This document shows, one piece after another, positions 1 through 12,620 of a DNA stretch of 64,000 bases. A program made the translations under genes and the position numbers. How positions within the stretch are numbered: position 1 is the stretch's first letter; each line of letters starts with the position of its first letter. Where the stretch lies: positions 293,012,001 to 293,076,000 of the forward strand of contig OZ024741.1 in assembly GCA_964016885.1 (NCBI GenBank). The letters run 5' to 3'. The notes under the pieces are model-generated. The model saw only the letters and a program-made list of their open reading frames with translations. It searched no databases and was not told the DNA's origin. The stretch is from Eledone cirrhosa. Taxonomy: Eukaryota.

Positions 1-2
1 CA

Positions 3-1510
3 AACGATGAAATTAAGATTATATTAGAAGCTAGGAAAACTATAGTCAAATTTGAGAACAGTTATTGGGTACGTAAAGATAGACCCTCTAACTTTGACAT
101 AACAATGGGCTCTAACGATTCGGCGGAAATAACTGATATTGTGGGGTTATTTATTGCCTTTAGACTCCAGGAAAAATTCAGCAATCTCCACGGCGGAATA
201 TACCGCGACGATGTTCTCCTCCTAGTTAAAAACCTAAATAACCAAAAACTAGAAAAACTACGCAAAGATATAAGAAAACTACTACTCGAAATAGGAATAA
301 CTATAACATATGAATACAACCTTAAAGTAGTTAACTTCCTGGATGTCACACTCAATTTAAACTCTGGTTTGATTAAACCGTTTCATAAATTGAATGAAAA
401 TCTCAAATACGTAAATGTTGGGTCTAACCACCCCATCTCTATAATTAAATCTATCCCTAAAAATATTTCCCTTAGAATCTCGGGTCTATCTTCTAACATA
501 CAAGTATTTAAGGAACACGCCGAGTACTACGATAACGCTCTTAGTAAAGCAGGCTACCTCAACAAAATAGAGTATATAGATGGGAACAATCAAAACACCC
601 AAAATAAATCCCACATAGGTAGATATAATAACACAACACCAAACCACACTTACTACCATAGTATGCACACCAGTAAACCAACAAACAAAACTAATAGAAA
701 GCGATGCAAAGAGTACTTATGGTATAACCCCGAATACAATAGTTCCATTAGTACAAATTTACCAGTACTCTTCTTTAATATAATTAAGAGACATTTTCCT
801 ACATCACACAAATACCACAAAATCCTAAACCCTACCACTATAAGACTGTCATACTCTACAGCGTTAAACCTTGAACAACACATAAAAAAGATCAATACTA
901 GAAGGTTAAACGAAAACACTAAGAACTTAAGTACAAAGAACACAAAAAAACAGTAGACAATACACTACAGAACATAAATAAACCACACCTAAGTTCGTCC
1001 GCAATACTACTCCAGAGAAAACCCAACGTACACAACTGCAACTGCACCTATCCTGACAACTGCCCCCTCGGCAATAACTGCCTGGAAAAAAATATTATTT
1101 ATAAGTGTACCATTAAATCCGGAGGCAACGAGTGGTATTACGTGGGATCAACGGCAACATCGTTTAAATCTCGATTATATAGGCATTCTTACTCAATAAA
1201 ACACCAGAGCCAAAGAAATGTAACAACTTTAGCAGAAAAAGCTTGGACGCTCAGGGATAGCGATCAAAAGTTTACCCTAAAATGGGAGAAATTAGCTAAA
1301 ACCCAAAGCTTTTCCAGGAGCCAAAATTTATGCAAATTGTGTAATCTTGAGATTTATTACATAATCACACACAAGAAGAAGTTGCTGAATAACAGAATTG
1401 AACGAACATTATTCTGCCGTCACAGAACTAAAACCCTTTTTCCCACTACAAGCCGAATATTACATAAAAGAGGGACATCCCCCCAACTATATAAACCTCA
1501 ATCTAGTTAG
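3..1510 (+). pseudogene. PLE RT/GIY-YIG ORF with one frameshift near 944-950
   Basis: The RT/thumb frame stops at TAG 954-956. The -1 frame is open from 941 through the Cys cluster and GIY-YIG domain to 1510. Confidence 0.85.
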
Positions 1511-1735
1511 AAAAATATAAAAACAATCTCTTCTCAACATATATTAATAACCTTAAATTACCACACTAATAATGGAAAGATATGCTGATGAGAATAGGTG
1601 CAAATATGCGATAATGAATGTGTCTAAAAACGTCCATAAGTATGTATATATATGTGAAAATGTATATAAATAAGTAAATATATATATATGTTTGATGTGT
1701 ATAGTTAGATGTAAGTGTATTCATGTATTAAAGTG

Positions 1736-1855
<120 letters not shown>

Positions 1856-2410
1856 GATGTGTATGTATATGTATATATGTACACATAGACTAGAGTATGT
1901 ATGTATATATGTGTGTGTCTCTACGTGTGTATATAAAGATAAGTTGAGTATGAAAATGTATACACATGAACGCGTATGTATGTACATGAATACATGTGTG
2001 TATATATATATATATATGTATACATGTGTATATGTATGTAAGTATGAACATGTTACTATGTGAATGTGAGTATAAGTATTTTGTAGAGGTGTGCAAATAT
2101 ATTTGTGTGTGAATGCGTGGGTGAAAGGATACGTACACTTGAAAGAAAAATTTAAGTCTGAATGTTAATTAAGTGCAAATACAAAACCAACCACGCATAT
2201 CTTTACTATCTCTAATCCTTCTATAGATTTAGAAAAATAACCAATAATATATTCTATAAAAATGTCAAAACAACAGATGGGAATCTAATTACTCACTGCC
2301 ACCAAAAATTCTCACTGCTATCAAAAAACCACTCCCTCAACTATTCTTCTAACAACTTCACCCGTACTTCCTAATATTCTCTATAAAAACCAAATAGGTC
2401 CTCAGTAATA

Positions 2411-2530
2411 TTATTCTGATGAAATGACAGTAAATAATAACATTGAAATATTGAATGTCTGCATAACTAAAACTTTGTAGATAACAGCTGTCTGAAGGTA
2501 TGTAACTGTTATAGAAACACGTGTCAATAA
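2411..2530 (+). ncRNA. Type I hammerhead ribozyme motif with enlarged domain II
   Basis: Stem I TTATT/AATAA; CTGATGA 2416-2422; stem II ATGACAGT (2424-2431) / ACTGTTAT (2505-2512); GAAA 2514-2517; palindromic stem III ACACGTGT; GUC site ending at 2525. Confidence 0.7.
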
Positions 2531-2562
2531 ATTCCTTTCAACTAAACTGTATCCATTCAAAT

Positions 2563-2663
<101 letters not shown>

Positions 2664-3314
2664 TATTTGGTGTGGGATGCTTAAAGCATCTGTATGAGGT
2701 AGGCTATTTGAGCACTCGATGTTCTTACTGAGCCGAGTATAATATCACATAAGAAATGGAGAATCAGTGGTGCAACAAATTAGAATTTATTGGGACATAT
2801 TACAACCATTTCTCTGATGGGAGGCACGATAGATGCGATGATCGAACCTGACTCTGAAATCGCAAGTTCTTCAGAAACGTCTCAATCACTCAAAGCAGAA
2901 TTTCCAAGTATCCTGTTTATCCCGCCGGCCTTTGCTCGCCAGCTTCTATCCTGTTCTTGTTGGTTGATGGGTGGTCAAGAATTGTACACGTCATCGGTAT
3001 TTCTGATCACTCATGGCCGTCCATTTTTTTCGTTCCATTCATATGACACCTGTCAATCAAAGTTGGTCCTTTTAGCGGAATTACTACTGTAGGAGGTAAG
3101 AGGTTGTATGAGTGAAATGCAAGCGTACTGCCATAGCCATCTCAGCCTGTAGACACCCACACACATAGCCATGGTGCGCGCATGTGCAATACATGCAGGA
3201 TCGCTTACACACACAACATTCATACACACACAACATTCATACACACACCTACAACTAAAAAGCTCTGTAGCCTACATAGAGCACTCTCTTTTCCTTTACC
3301 TTTCATAGGGAAAC

Positions 3315-3415
<101 letters not shown>

Positions 3416-3482
3416 ATGTATATAAGTTGGAATAAAATGAAACGAAATTTCATTTCTCACTCTTAGTACGGCACTTACTTAA

Positions 3483-3536
3483 ATGTAAGTATGTATGTAT
3501 ACGTACATACATATATGTATACAGACATACAGTAGC

Positions 3537-3575
<39 letters not shown>

Positions 3576-3782
3576 CAGGCACACATATATACATGTACGT
3601 ATCAGTTTAGCTTGAAACTAGTACATCGTTCCTGTGTCAGTGTTGAACAAAAAGGTGACGTGGTTGCCTTAACACCGTACGGCATAAATCAGGCTGTCCG
3701 TTTGTTTAGAAACGAACAAAGCGAATGTTATAATAAATATTCGCTAAACTGATACGTACATGTATATATGTGTGCCTATATA

Positions 3783-3873
<91 letters not shown>

Positions 3874-3925
3874 GCTACTGTATGTCTGTATACATATATG
3901 TATGTACGTATACATACATACTTAC

Positions 3926-3927
<2 letters not shown>
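3483..3927. repeat. Fold-back structure: inverted arms 3483-3611 and 3743-3927 around a 131-bp unique core
   Basis: ATGTAAGTATG...CAGACATACAGTAGCATG...GGCACACATATATACATGTACGTATCAGTTTAGC is mirrored on the right; the arms differ mainly in (TA)n length. Confidence 0.85.
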
Positions 3928-3999
<72 letters not shown>

Positions 4000-4000
4000 T

Positions 4001-4820
4001 TGTGTATAGTGGTAGCTATGGTGCTTCCGTAGGTGGTATGCCAAAATTAGCAATCGATATTCATCAGAGTAGAGTGTAGATATTATCAAGAAAACGAAAA
4101 AGGAGTGATGTATCTGGACCTAGTTTATTTCGTGTTACAAATGTTTCGCCGGCATGTAGCTCGAGTCATGGTCCTTGTATGGATCTGGTTGATTCTACTT
4201 TTGCGGGTTCTTTCAGACACGGCTATTATGTACGGAGCAAATGTTATCACTGGGGGGTTGTCATCAAAACAACCCCCCAAAAAACCTTCTTTCCACTCTT
4301 GTCATGCCGTTGGCTGTTTTTACCCCACGTCATCACAAGTTCTGGTCAGTATCTGCTGCCACACGGTTCATCAACCATCTTCCGTCCGACATATTTTAAT
4401 GGAGTCATGCTGGGTTCAGTACTTTACATGTCTGCTGACACTTCAGAGTAAGCACCCACACATACTAGAATAAACACACACATATATATATTCAGACATA
4501 CACCTATCTATGCATTCACACTCGTACGTCTACATGCTCAGACACCCACACCGCCACATACATACATCACAGTATATATACTTAGACAACCTCTCTCCCT
4601 CTCTCCCAAGGGCCAGTCACACATACTTGTTGATACGTGCCGCCACGAGCCTTCTGACTGTTCTGTATCAACAGCCGTGTCTGAAAGAAACCACAGAAGT
4701 AGAATCAGCCAGATCCATACAAGGACCATGATTCGAGCTACATGCCGGCGAAACATTTGTAACACAAAATAAACTAGGTCCAGGTGTATCACTGATTTTT
4801 CGTTTTCTTGATAATATCTA
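4001..4820. mobile_element. ORF-less element with 148-bp inverted repeats (4077-4224 / 4673-4820); probable non-autonomous PLE derivative
   Basis: Arms differ at 11 of 148 positions by manual alignment. Each arm carries a hammerhead-like motif followed by AATAAA. Flanked by (TA)n on both sides. Confidence 0.6.
4677..4765 (+). ncRNA. Hammerhead-like motif with variant core; second copy on the - strand at about 4131-4221
   Basis: GTGT-CTGAAAGA-[about 60 nt]-GAAA-CATTTG-TA-ACAC. Stem I is GTGT/ACAC (CGTGT/ACACG in the left copy) with a GUA site. The core has one extra base and the base of stem II is weak. Confidence 0.4.
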
Positions 4821-4830
4821 TATGTATATG

Positions 4831-4955
<125 letters not shown>

Positions 4956-5002
4956 GTATATATATATATATATATATTTATATGTATATATATATATATA
5001 TA

Positions 5003-5263
5003 TCATCATCATCATCATTTCATTTTACGTCCGCTTTTTCCCTGCTTGCAATCGTGGAACAGGAACTGATTCTGGCTTGATTTCTACAGCTGCATGCGCT
5101 TCCTAACACCAACCTCATTTACAGTGAGTGCTGGGTGCTTTTTTCCGTGGCGCCTACACGACCACGTTGCAGTGGAATGATATGGACCTCACTCCCTATC
5201 ATCTCATTTCTACAGCTGAGTAAACTGGAGCAATGTGAAATAAAGTGTCTTGCTCAAGGAAAC
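5003..5263 (-). mobile_element. 5'-truncated CORE-type SINE, family 1
   Basis: Matches 38830-39177 from CCTTGAGCAAGACACTTT to the (GAT)n tail. Confidence 0.85.
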
Positions 5264-5264
5264 A

Positions 5265-5302
<38 letters not shown>

Positions 5303-5331
5303 GTATATATATGTATATATATGTATGTATG

Positions 5332-5371
<40 letters not shown>

Positions 5372-5444
5372 TATGTATATATATATATGTATGTATATAT
5401 ATGTATCTATATATATGTATGTATATATATATATGTATGTATAT

Positions 5445-8400
5445 ATCATCATCATCTCATCATCATCTTCGTTTAACGTCCATTTTACACACTAGCATGG
5501 ATTAGACGGGAGTTGTCCCACTTGAGGCAAGGCTGGTCGGGTGACCGTGTCTCGCTCATATAGGACTATGTGGCAGGTTTTCTACAGCTGGATGCCCTTC
5601 CTAACACCAAACACATTTACAGTGTGGACTTGGGAACTTTTTACCATGTTACCTACACAACCACATTACAGCGTGGACTGTGTGTGTGTTTTTTTTTTGT
5701 CGTGACACCTACACGAACTCGACCTCATTTTCTCGTGCTGTTGGTGGGAGTGGGGGGATAGGGTAGGGGTAGTAGATTGGGGTGTATATTTGGTTAAGAG
5801 GTGCCTACTGACTGTATGTTTCGCTTTGTACATAGGCAATGCGGGTCTTCTGTATTACTGCGTAGCGCCAAAGATCTCGGTCCAGAGACATTGTGTTAGA
5901 GAGATGTAAGTGTGTGAGGTCAGAATTTATCAGATCATCCCAGGTTTTTCTGGGTCTACCTACTCCGTAATTACCATCAATTTTGATCGTCCTGCACTTT
6001 TTTATGTAGCTGTCGTCTTTCCTGCGCATCACGTGACCATACCAACGTAGTCTTCCCTCAAGTAAACAGCATCTGATCCCTCTTATTCCTAATTTCTCAC
6101 TTAGTTCATTTATGCTTTGCCGTTCACGTATATTACTATTATACATCCAACGGAACATTCATGCTTCGTTCCTTTCCAGTCTACGCAGGTCCTCTGCACA
6201 TAATGCCCATGTCTCACTGCCATGTAGCATTGCTGTTCGTATGCAGGCATCATACAGCCTGCCTTTCATTTTTAGAAAGAAACCTTTTGTGGCCAACAGC
6301 AGTATAAGCTCTCTGAACTTTTTCCATCCTGTTCTGACTCTGGCTACTGTACTTTCAGAACACCCTCCACCACTGCTGATTTTGTCACCAAGGTAACGGA
6401 AAGTGTCTACTATTTCTATAGAACCATCTGGGCAATGGAAGGGGCTAGTATCCTTTGGACACTTGCTACATATTGCACCTGAGCATTGGCCACATATAAA
6501 GTCTACGTTCTTAGATAGTTTACCTGTGATCCCACTACATCTTTTATTTACCCATACTTTGCATTTGGGACATAAAATGGAATTTCTGCCTACTCCTTTC
6601 CTACACACTGAGCATGGCCATTTCCCCGAGGGCACCTGTGCCCTATTTTCCTTCCTACAAACTAGAACTTTAGTCTTAGATAAGTTAACTTTAAGGCCTT
6701 TTGATTCTAGGCCAGGCTTCCATGTTTCACATTTCTTCTCTAGTTCAGCCATTGATTCAGCTATGAGCGTTAGATCATCTGCGTATAGGAGTTCCCATGG
6801 GCAGCTGGTCTTGAACTCCTCTGTTATAGCCTGAAGGGCAATAATAAATAAGAGGGGGCTAAGGACAGAGCCTTGATGAACGCCCACTTTTACACTAAAT
6901 TCTTCACAATATTCATTGTTAATTCTAACCTTACTGATTGTTTCATTATACATAGCTTGTATAGCTCTCACAAGCCATTCATCTACACCTTGTTTTCTAA
7001 GAGCCCACCAGATAATGGCGCAGGGGACTCTGTCAAAAGCTTTCTTCAGGTCTACAAAAGCTAAGTAGAGGGGTTTACTTTTAGCTAGGTACTTCTCTTG
7101 TAGTTGTCGTACAAGGAAAAGAGTGTCTGTGGTACTTTTCCTGACACAAACCCAAACTGCATTTCATCTAGATCAATTCGCTCTCTGATTAGTTGCGCTA
7201 TAACTTTTCTGTGACCTTCTTGACCTGGTCAACTAACCTAATGCCTCTATAGTTTCCTTTATCTAGAGCATCCCCTTTACCCTTGTAGCAGTTAATGATG
7301 ATTCTGCTATGCCAGTCTTTCGGTATGACCCCATTCTGTATTACTTGGTTAACTATACGGGTGACCATAGTGTGTCCCACCATACCAGATGCCTTCAACA
7401 TCTCAGCAACTATCTCCAAAGGCCCAGCTGCCTTGCTTGTCTTCATATCTTTGATTGCCTTACTTATTATACTACCTTTAACTTGCACCGCTTGTCCTTC
7501 TATTGGATCGATTTGCGGCAGTCTATCTTTTTCCCACTTATTCTCTTCATTTAATAGTCTCTCATAGTGACACTTCCAGGCTATCTTCTTATCAGCATCT
7601 TATCAGCAAGTACACCGTCATCATTACGGACACACTTCTCCCCGACAATATCACGGTTTTCCTTGACACATTGTCTAGCAATCCTGAACACTTCGCGTTT
7701 TTGGTCCTCACATTGTAGAACATGCTTGAACTTTCTTTCCTCTGCTTCCCTTTTTGCAAGGTACACTTATCTCCTAGCTTTTCTCCTGGCCACTTGATAT
7801 TGGTCTCTACTTCCCCCATTCTGCCATACTTTCCAAGCCTGCATTTTGGTCTTGATTGTCTCTTCTACCTTACTGTTCCACCACCAAGTTACTCTCCTCC
7901 TGCCAATAGGTCTGCTCCAGCCACAGATTTCAGCAGGTTCACTTTCAAGAATTGCCACTGTTCCTCTATATCGAACGTCTCTAATTGCGCTTCCTTATTG
8001 TCAAAGGCATCAAGTAATAAGCTTTTAAATTTGTCACTGGCTATGGGGTCCTTCAACTTCTATATTCTTCTTCTCAAGGTAGGCCTCCTCTGTCGTCGAG
8101 TATGTCTATTCCTGACTGTGAGGTCACTAACTACTAGGCTATGTTGGGAGGTGCATTCTTCACGGGGGAAGGATTTAGTGTTTACAACAGACACTTTGTC
8201 CCGTCTTCTAGTAAGGATATAATCTATCTGGCTGGCATGTTCCCCTGATCTATAGGTGATCAAGTGGTTTTCACATTTTTTGAAGTTTGTGTTACAGATA
8301 GTTAGGTTATTGGCGTCACAGAACTCCAGGATTCTGAAGCCTTCCTCATTTCTATTTCCAACCCCATAGCCTCCATGGATTCCTTCATAGCCATCACTAT

Positions 8401-8884
8401 GTTGTCCAACGTGGCCGTTTAAATCGCCAGCAATAATTCGGTAGTCGCTGTCGGTTATTTGGGAGATAGTGTGCATTAGCGTCTCATAGAACCTGTCCTT
8501 TATAACGTCAAGTAGACCAGATTGGGGTGCATAAGCGGATATTATTGTCACAGTAGTTTTATTTAGAACTAGCCTTATATTAATTATTCTGTCATTTACT
8601 CTATTTACGTCGATTACCTTATCTACCCATTTTTCAGCTAACATAATTCCTACTCCTCCCAGTCCGTTGTCATTTCCCACCCAGAAAAGTTTATAGAATC
8701 TGGCAGAGCCCCTCTCCACCTACTCTCTTGAATACAACAAACATCAACTTCTTTACTTTCAAGCATCTCTCCAACCTCATTTGAGCGACCTTTCAATGTG
8801 CCTACGTTCATGGTACCAACTCTGAAGTTGGGAGGGTGGCATGGAAGGGTTAGAGGAGCAGGGAGGCGTGTGGGAGATGCAATT
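5445..8884 (-). mobile_element. RTE-clade LINE copy A, near full length, disrupted by stops and frameshifts
   Basis: APE start [12 protein letters not shown] and AGDLNGHVG; RT GVHQGSVLSP and LLYADD; PHD-like insert; GRPRKTW; 3' UTR with (GAT)n tail; both ends in (TA)n. Confidence 0.95.
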
Positions 8885-8917
8885 ATGTATATATATATAT
8901 ATGTATATAGGTATAAG

Positions 8918-9002
<85 letters not shown>

Positions 9003-9051
9003 GTATATATATATGTATATGTATATATGTATACATATCTTTTTTAGCCAT

Positions 9052-10478
9052 GAACAACCCTATTCTGTATGACTTGCTTTACTATCCGGGTGACCATAGT
9101 GTGTCCCACCGTTCCAGATGCTTTTAGCATTTTGGCAACTATTTCCGAAGGCCCGGCCGCTTTGCCCATCTTCATGTCTTTGATCGCCTTACTTATTATA
9201 CTACCTTCAACTTGCACTGCTGGTCCCTCTATTGGGTCAATGTGGGGGAGACTGTCTTTCTGCCAATTATTCTCCTCATTTAGTAGCCTTTCGTAGTGAC
9301 ACTTCCAAGCTACCTTCTTATCAGCGTCAGTGATGGCAAGTACGCCAACAATATCACGGTTTTCCTTGACACATTGCCTAGCAATCCTGAACACCTCACG
9401 TTTTTGGTCCTCGCGTTGTAGAACATGCTTGAACTTTCTTTCCTCTGCTTCCCTTCTTGCGAAGTACACTTGTCTCCTAGCTTCCCTTCTGGCCACTTGA
9501 TAGTCTTCTCTACTTCCCCCATCCCGCCATACTTTCCAAGCCTGCTTTTTGGCCTTAATCGACTCCTCCACCTTACTGTTCCACCACCAAGTTACTATCC
9601 TCCTGCCTATAGGCCTGCTCCAGCCACAGGTTTCATCTGTCACCTTCAGCAGGTTAGCTTTCAGGAATTCCCACTGTTCCTCTATATTGTACGACTCTAA
9701 TTGCTCTTCCTTACTATCAAAAACATCAAGTAATATGCTTTTAAATTTATGACTGGCTGTGGGGTCCTTTAATTTCCATATTTTTCTCCTGAGGATAGTT
9801 CTCTTCTGTTGTCGAATACGTCTCGTCCTGACTATGAGGTCGCTGATTATGAGTCTATGTTGAGACGTGCATTCTTCATGGGGAAGGGATTTAGTGTTTA
9901 CAACAGACACCCTGTCACGTTTCCTGGTAAGGATATAATCTACCTGGCTTGTGTGTTCCCCCGATCTATAGGTGATCAGGTGATTGTCTCGTTTTTTGAA
10001 GTTAGTGTTACAGGTAGTTAGGTTATTTGCGTCACAGAATTCCAGGATTCTGGAGCCTTCCTCATTTCTAGTACCAAACCCATAGCCTCCATCGATTCCA
10101 TCATTAGCCGTCACAATGTTGTCCAACGTGACCATTTAGGTCGCCTGCAATAATTATATAGTCACTGTCGGTTATTTGGGAGGTAGTGAGCATCAGTGTC
10201 TCATAGAATCTGTCTTTTATAGTGCCGGGCAGTCCAGATTGGGGTGCGTACGCAGATATTACTGTCACCGTAAGTCTATTGAGGACAAGTCTTATTTTAA
10301 TTATTCTGTCGTTCACTGTATTTAATGTCTATTATCTTATCTGCCCACTTTTCTGCTACCATGATCCTACTCCACCCAGCCCATTGTCATTTCCCACCCA
10401 GAAAAGCTTATAGCATCGTTCTTTACCCACGATGAATCTAGCAGACACACCCCTATACCTGGTCTCTTGAATACAACA
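9052..10478 (-). mobile_element. RTE LINE copy B: internal fragment covering the APE endonuclease and linker
   Basis: CCIQETR, SAYAPQ, GDLNGHVG and SQVDYIL motifs; protein nearly identical to copy D. Confidence 0.93.
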
Positions 10479-10493
10479 ATATATATATATAAT

Positions 10494-10534
<41 letters not shown>

Positions 10535-10537
<3 letters not shown>

Positions 10538-10750
10538 TCATCCTCATCATCGTTTAACGTCCGTGTTCCATGCTTGCATGGGTTTGGACGGGAGTTTTCC
10601 CACTTGAGGCAAGAGTGGTTGTCTTGCTCGCATAGGACTGTCTGGCGGATTTTCTACAGTTGGATGCCCTTCCTAACACCAACCACATTTACAGTGTTTT
10701 TACCGTGTTGCCTACACGGCCACATTACAGCGTGGACTGTCTGGCAGGTT

Positions 10751-10755
<5 letters not shown>
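10535..10755 (-). mobile_element. RTE LINE 3' UTR fragment (copy C)
   Basis: Near-identical to 25994-26233, including the start of the UTR duplication. Confidence 0.9.
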
Positions 10756-10814
<59 letters not shown>

Positions 10815-10816
10815 TA

Positions 10817-10853
<37 letters not shown>

Positions 10854-10871
10854 TATATATATATACATATC

Positions 10872-10930
<59 letters not shown>

Positions 10931-11088
10931 TTAGTTATACTATTTATGGTTATGTAAATACAAAACCTTAAGCAGTTGTAAGTATTTTACACACACCCTA
11001 AATAGTGGTAGGCAGTATTGTATTACTACCTTATTACCAGTAAGTTAAGTAGCTCAATGTAAAAACATCAGATGATTTACAGAGCAGT

Positions 11089-11466
11089 TATATGAAATAT
11101 AAGAATCAAAGAACTGTTCAAAACATTATTGTGCTTACAGCTGTTTCCTCCAAACCGAGGTTTGGATTCTTCGGAGCGATTTATTAATGCATGGACAGTT
11201 ATATGACCTCCTTTTCAGCCGAGAGACATACCAATACATATTCAAACATTGATACATATTCAAACATTGTGGGTCAACATTCACTACAGAATTTAGAGTG
11301 GCAGTACACACTTCGAGATTACATTTATATTAATAGGTACAATCAAAAATCAAAAATATAGGTTAAAATACATGAAGGTAAGCGGTTATATAGTGCAAGT
11401 GTTATATGTGTGGCACGCATGTGCGTCTTGTTTATATAGTGTGGCAGAGAGATATGTGTGGTAGAG
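11089..11466. repeat. Left arm of the inverted pLTR repeat
   Basis: Reverse complement of 14905-15285; only one substitution and one 3-nt indel seen. Confidence 0.95.
11133..11177 (-). ncRNA. Minimal type I hammerhead motif (variant core CCGAAGA)
   Basis: GCT-CCGAAGA-A-TCCAAAC-CTCG-GTTTGGA-G-GAAA-CAGCTG-TA-AGC; palindromic stem III ACAGCTGT; GUA site. Confidence 0.65.
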
Positions 11467-12620
11467 GCACTTAGGTAGGTGAATAAGAGTGTTAGGTTGG
11501 TAGATCTGGTGGCAAATTCTTTATATGATTGATATAGTCTGTGTGTGGAGAAATATTATAAGCATTAAAGATAGTGCAAGCGTTAAAAGTGTTATAAGTA
11601 ATGGAGATGCACAGCGCAGGGATGTCAAGTATTTCATGTACTTCGGCATTTTCATGGTCAGGGGAGTGTATTTTTCGATTATATGCCCTTCACATAATCT
11701 ATGACAATCCAGTTAGAGATCGTAGTCTGGTGTTCTTTAGTTCGATACAGGAGGTTGTTACGTTTCTAGAAACGCCATTGAATTCCGCCCGGAAGTGTGT
11801 GTGTGTGGCAAGGGGAGTTAATGCATGCGGGGAGGTAACTCTGGGGTTTCTATATCTAGCCATTAAAATGTGTCCCAATATAGACCCTAAATTCTATGGT
11901 GATGCGCATCTTCCAAGAGAGATTTTTAAAGCATAAAGTGTATTAACTATAGAGTAGTTTAATTAAGTTATGCTGAAGGTGATCATATTATTATGGTGGA
12001 TTAACCCATCTTAAGGTGCCACAAATGGAAATTATAGATGATGAGCGAGGATTCTAAATTAATGATCTCTGTGGTTGTAGTCTGCTCATATGACCAGGCG
12101 CGGTGATTGCAGGCTTGCTTCAGGACCCAATGGTCTCTGGTAAGATCTGGGTCATCGCTTGCTACATTTGATGTCGAAAGATAATCATCGCCAGGCCGGC
12201 CAAAGGTCAATCCCCAGTCCTCGCGACCCCTCTCTGACCGTCAGATCATCCATATACGTACAACCCGCCCGGCAGTTGCAATGCATTCACTCACTGCGCT
12301 CAGCAGTCCGGTCCTACTGGTCAACAGTGCTACTCGATTAAATCATTTTACATCCGTCTAAGGAAGGTGTTTCCTCTGCACAACACTATCCAACCGATCA
12401 ATTCATGCTCAAATTACCCTTAGAGCGGTGTAGTGCCGTTCAAGTGGGTGGATGTTGTCACACCTGCCGTAGAGGTATAAATGGGTATTCTCCCTGCGAA
12501 GGGTTCCAGAGGGATGTCGTTGTTTTTGTTATAATGGATCAGTTAGTGTTGGGTATGTAGTATAAGGTGTGTCTCTGGTGTTTGATGCTAGATGTGGTGT
12601 TAGGTTCCAGTCCGACCTTG

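Noticed and set aside
1581-1638. CTGATGA with TATG/CATA stem after the first PLE ORF
   Set aside because: GATA replaces GAAA and stems II and III are weak; at most a decayed hammerhead.
12115-12195. SECIS-like or C/D-box-like GATGA…CTGA arrangement on the - strand of the PLE 3' region
   Set aside because: The helix does not register with a SECIS quartet, there is no apical AA, neither PLE has an in-frame TGA at a Cys position, and there is no convincing snoRNA terminal stem.
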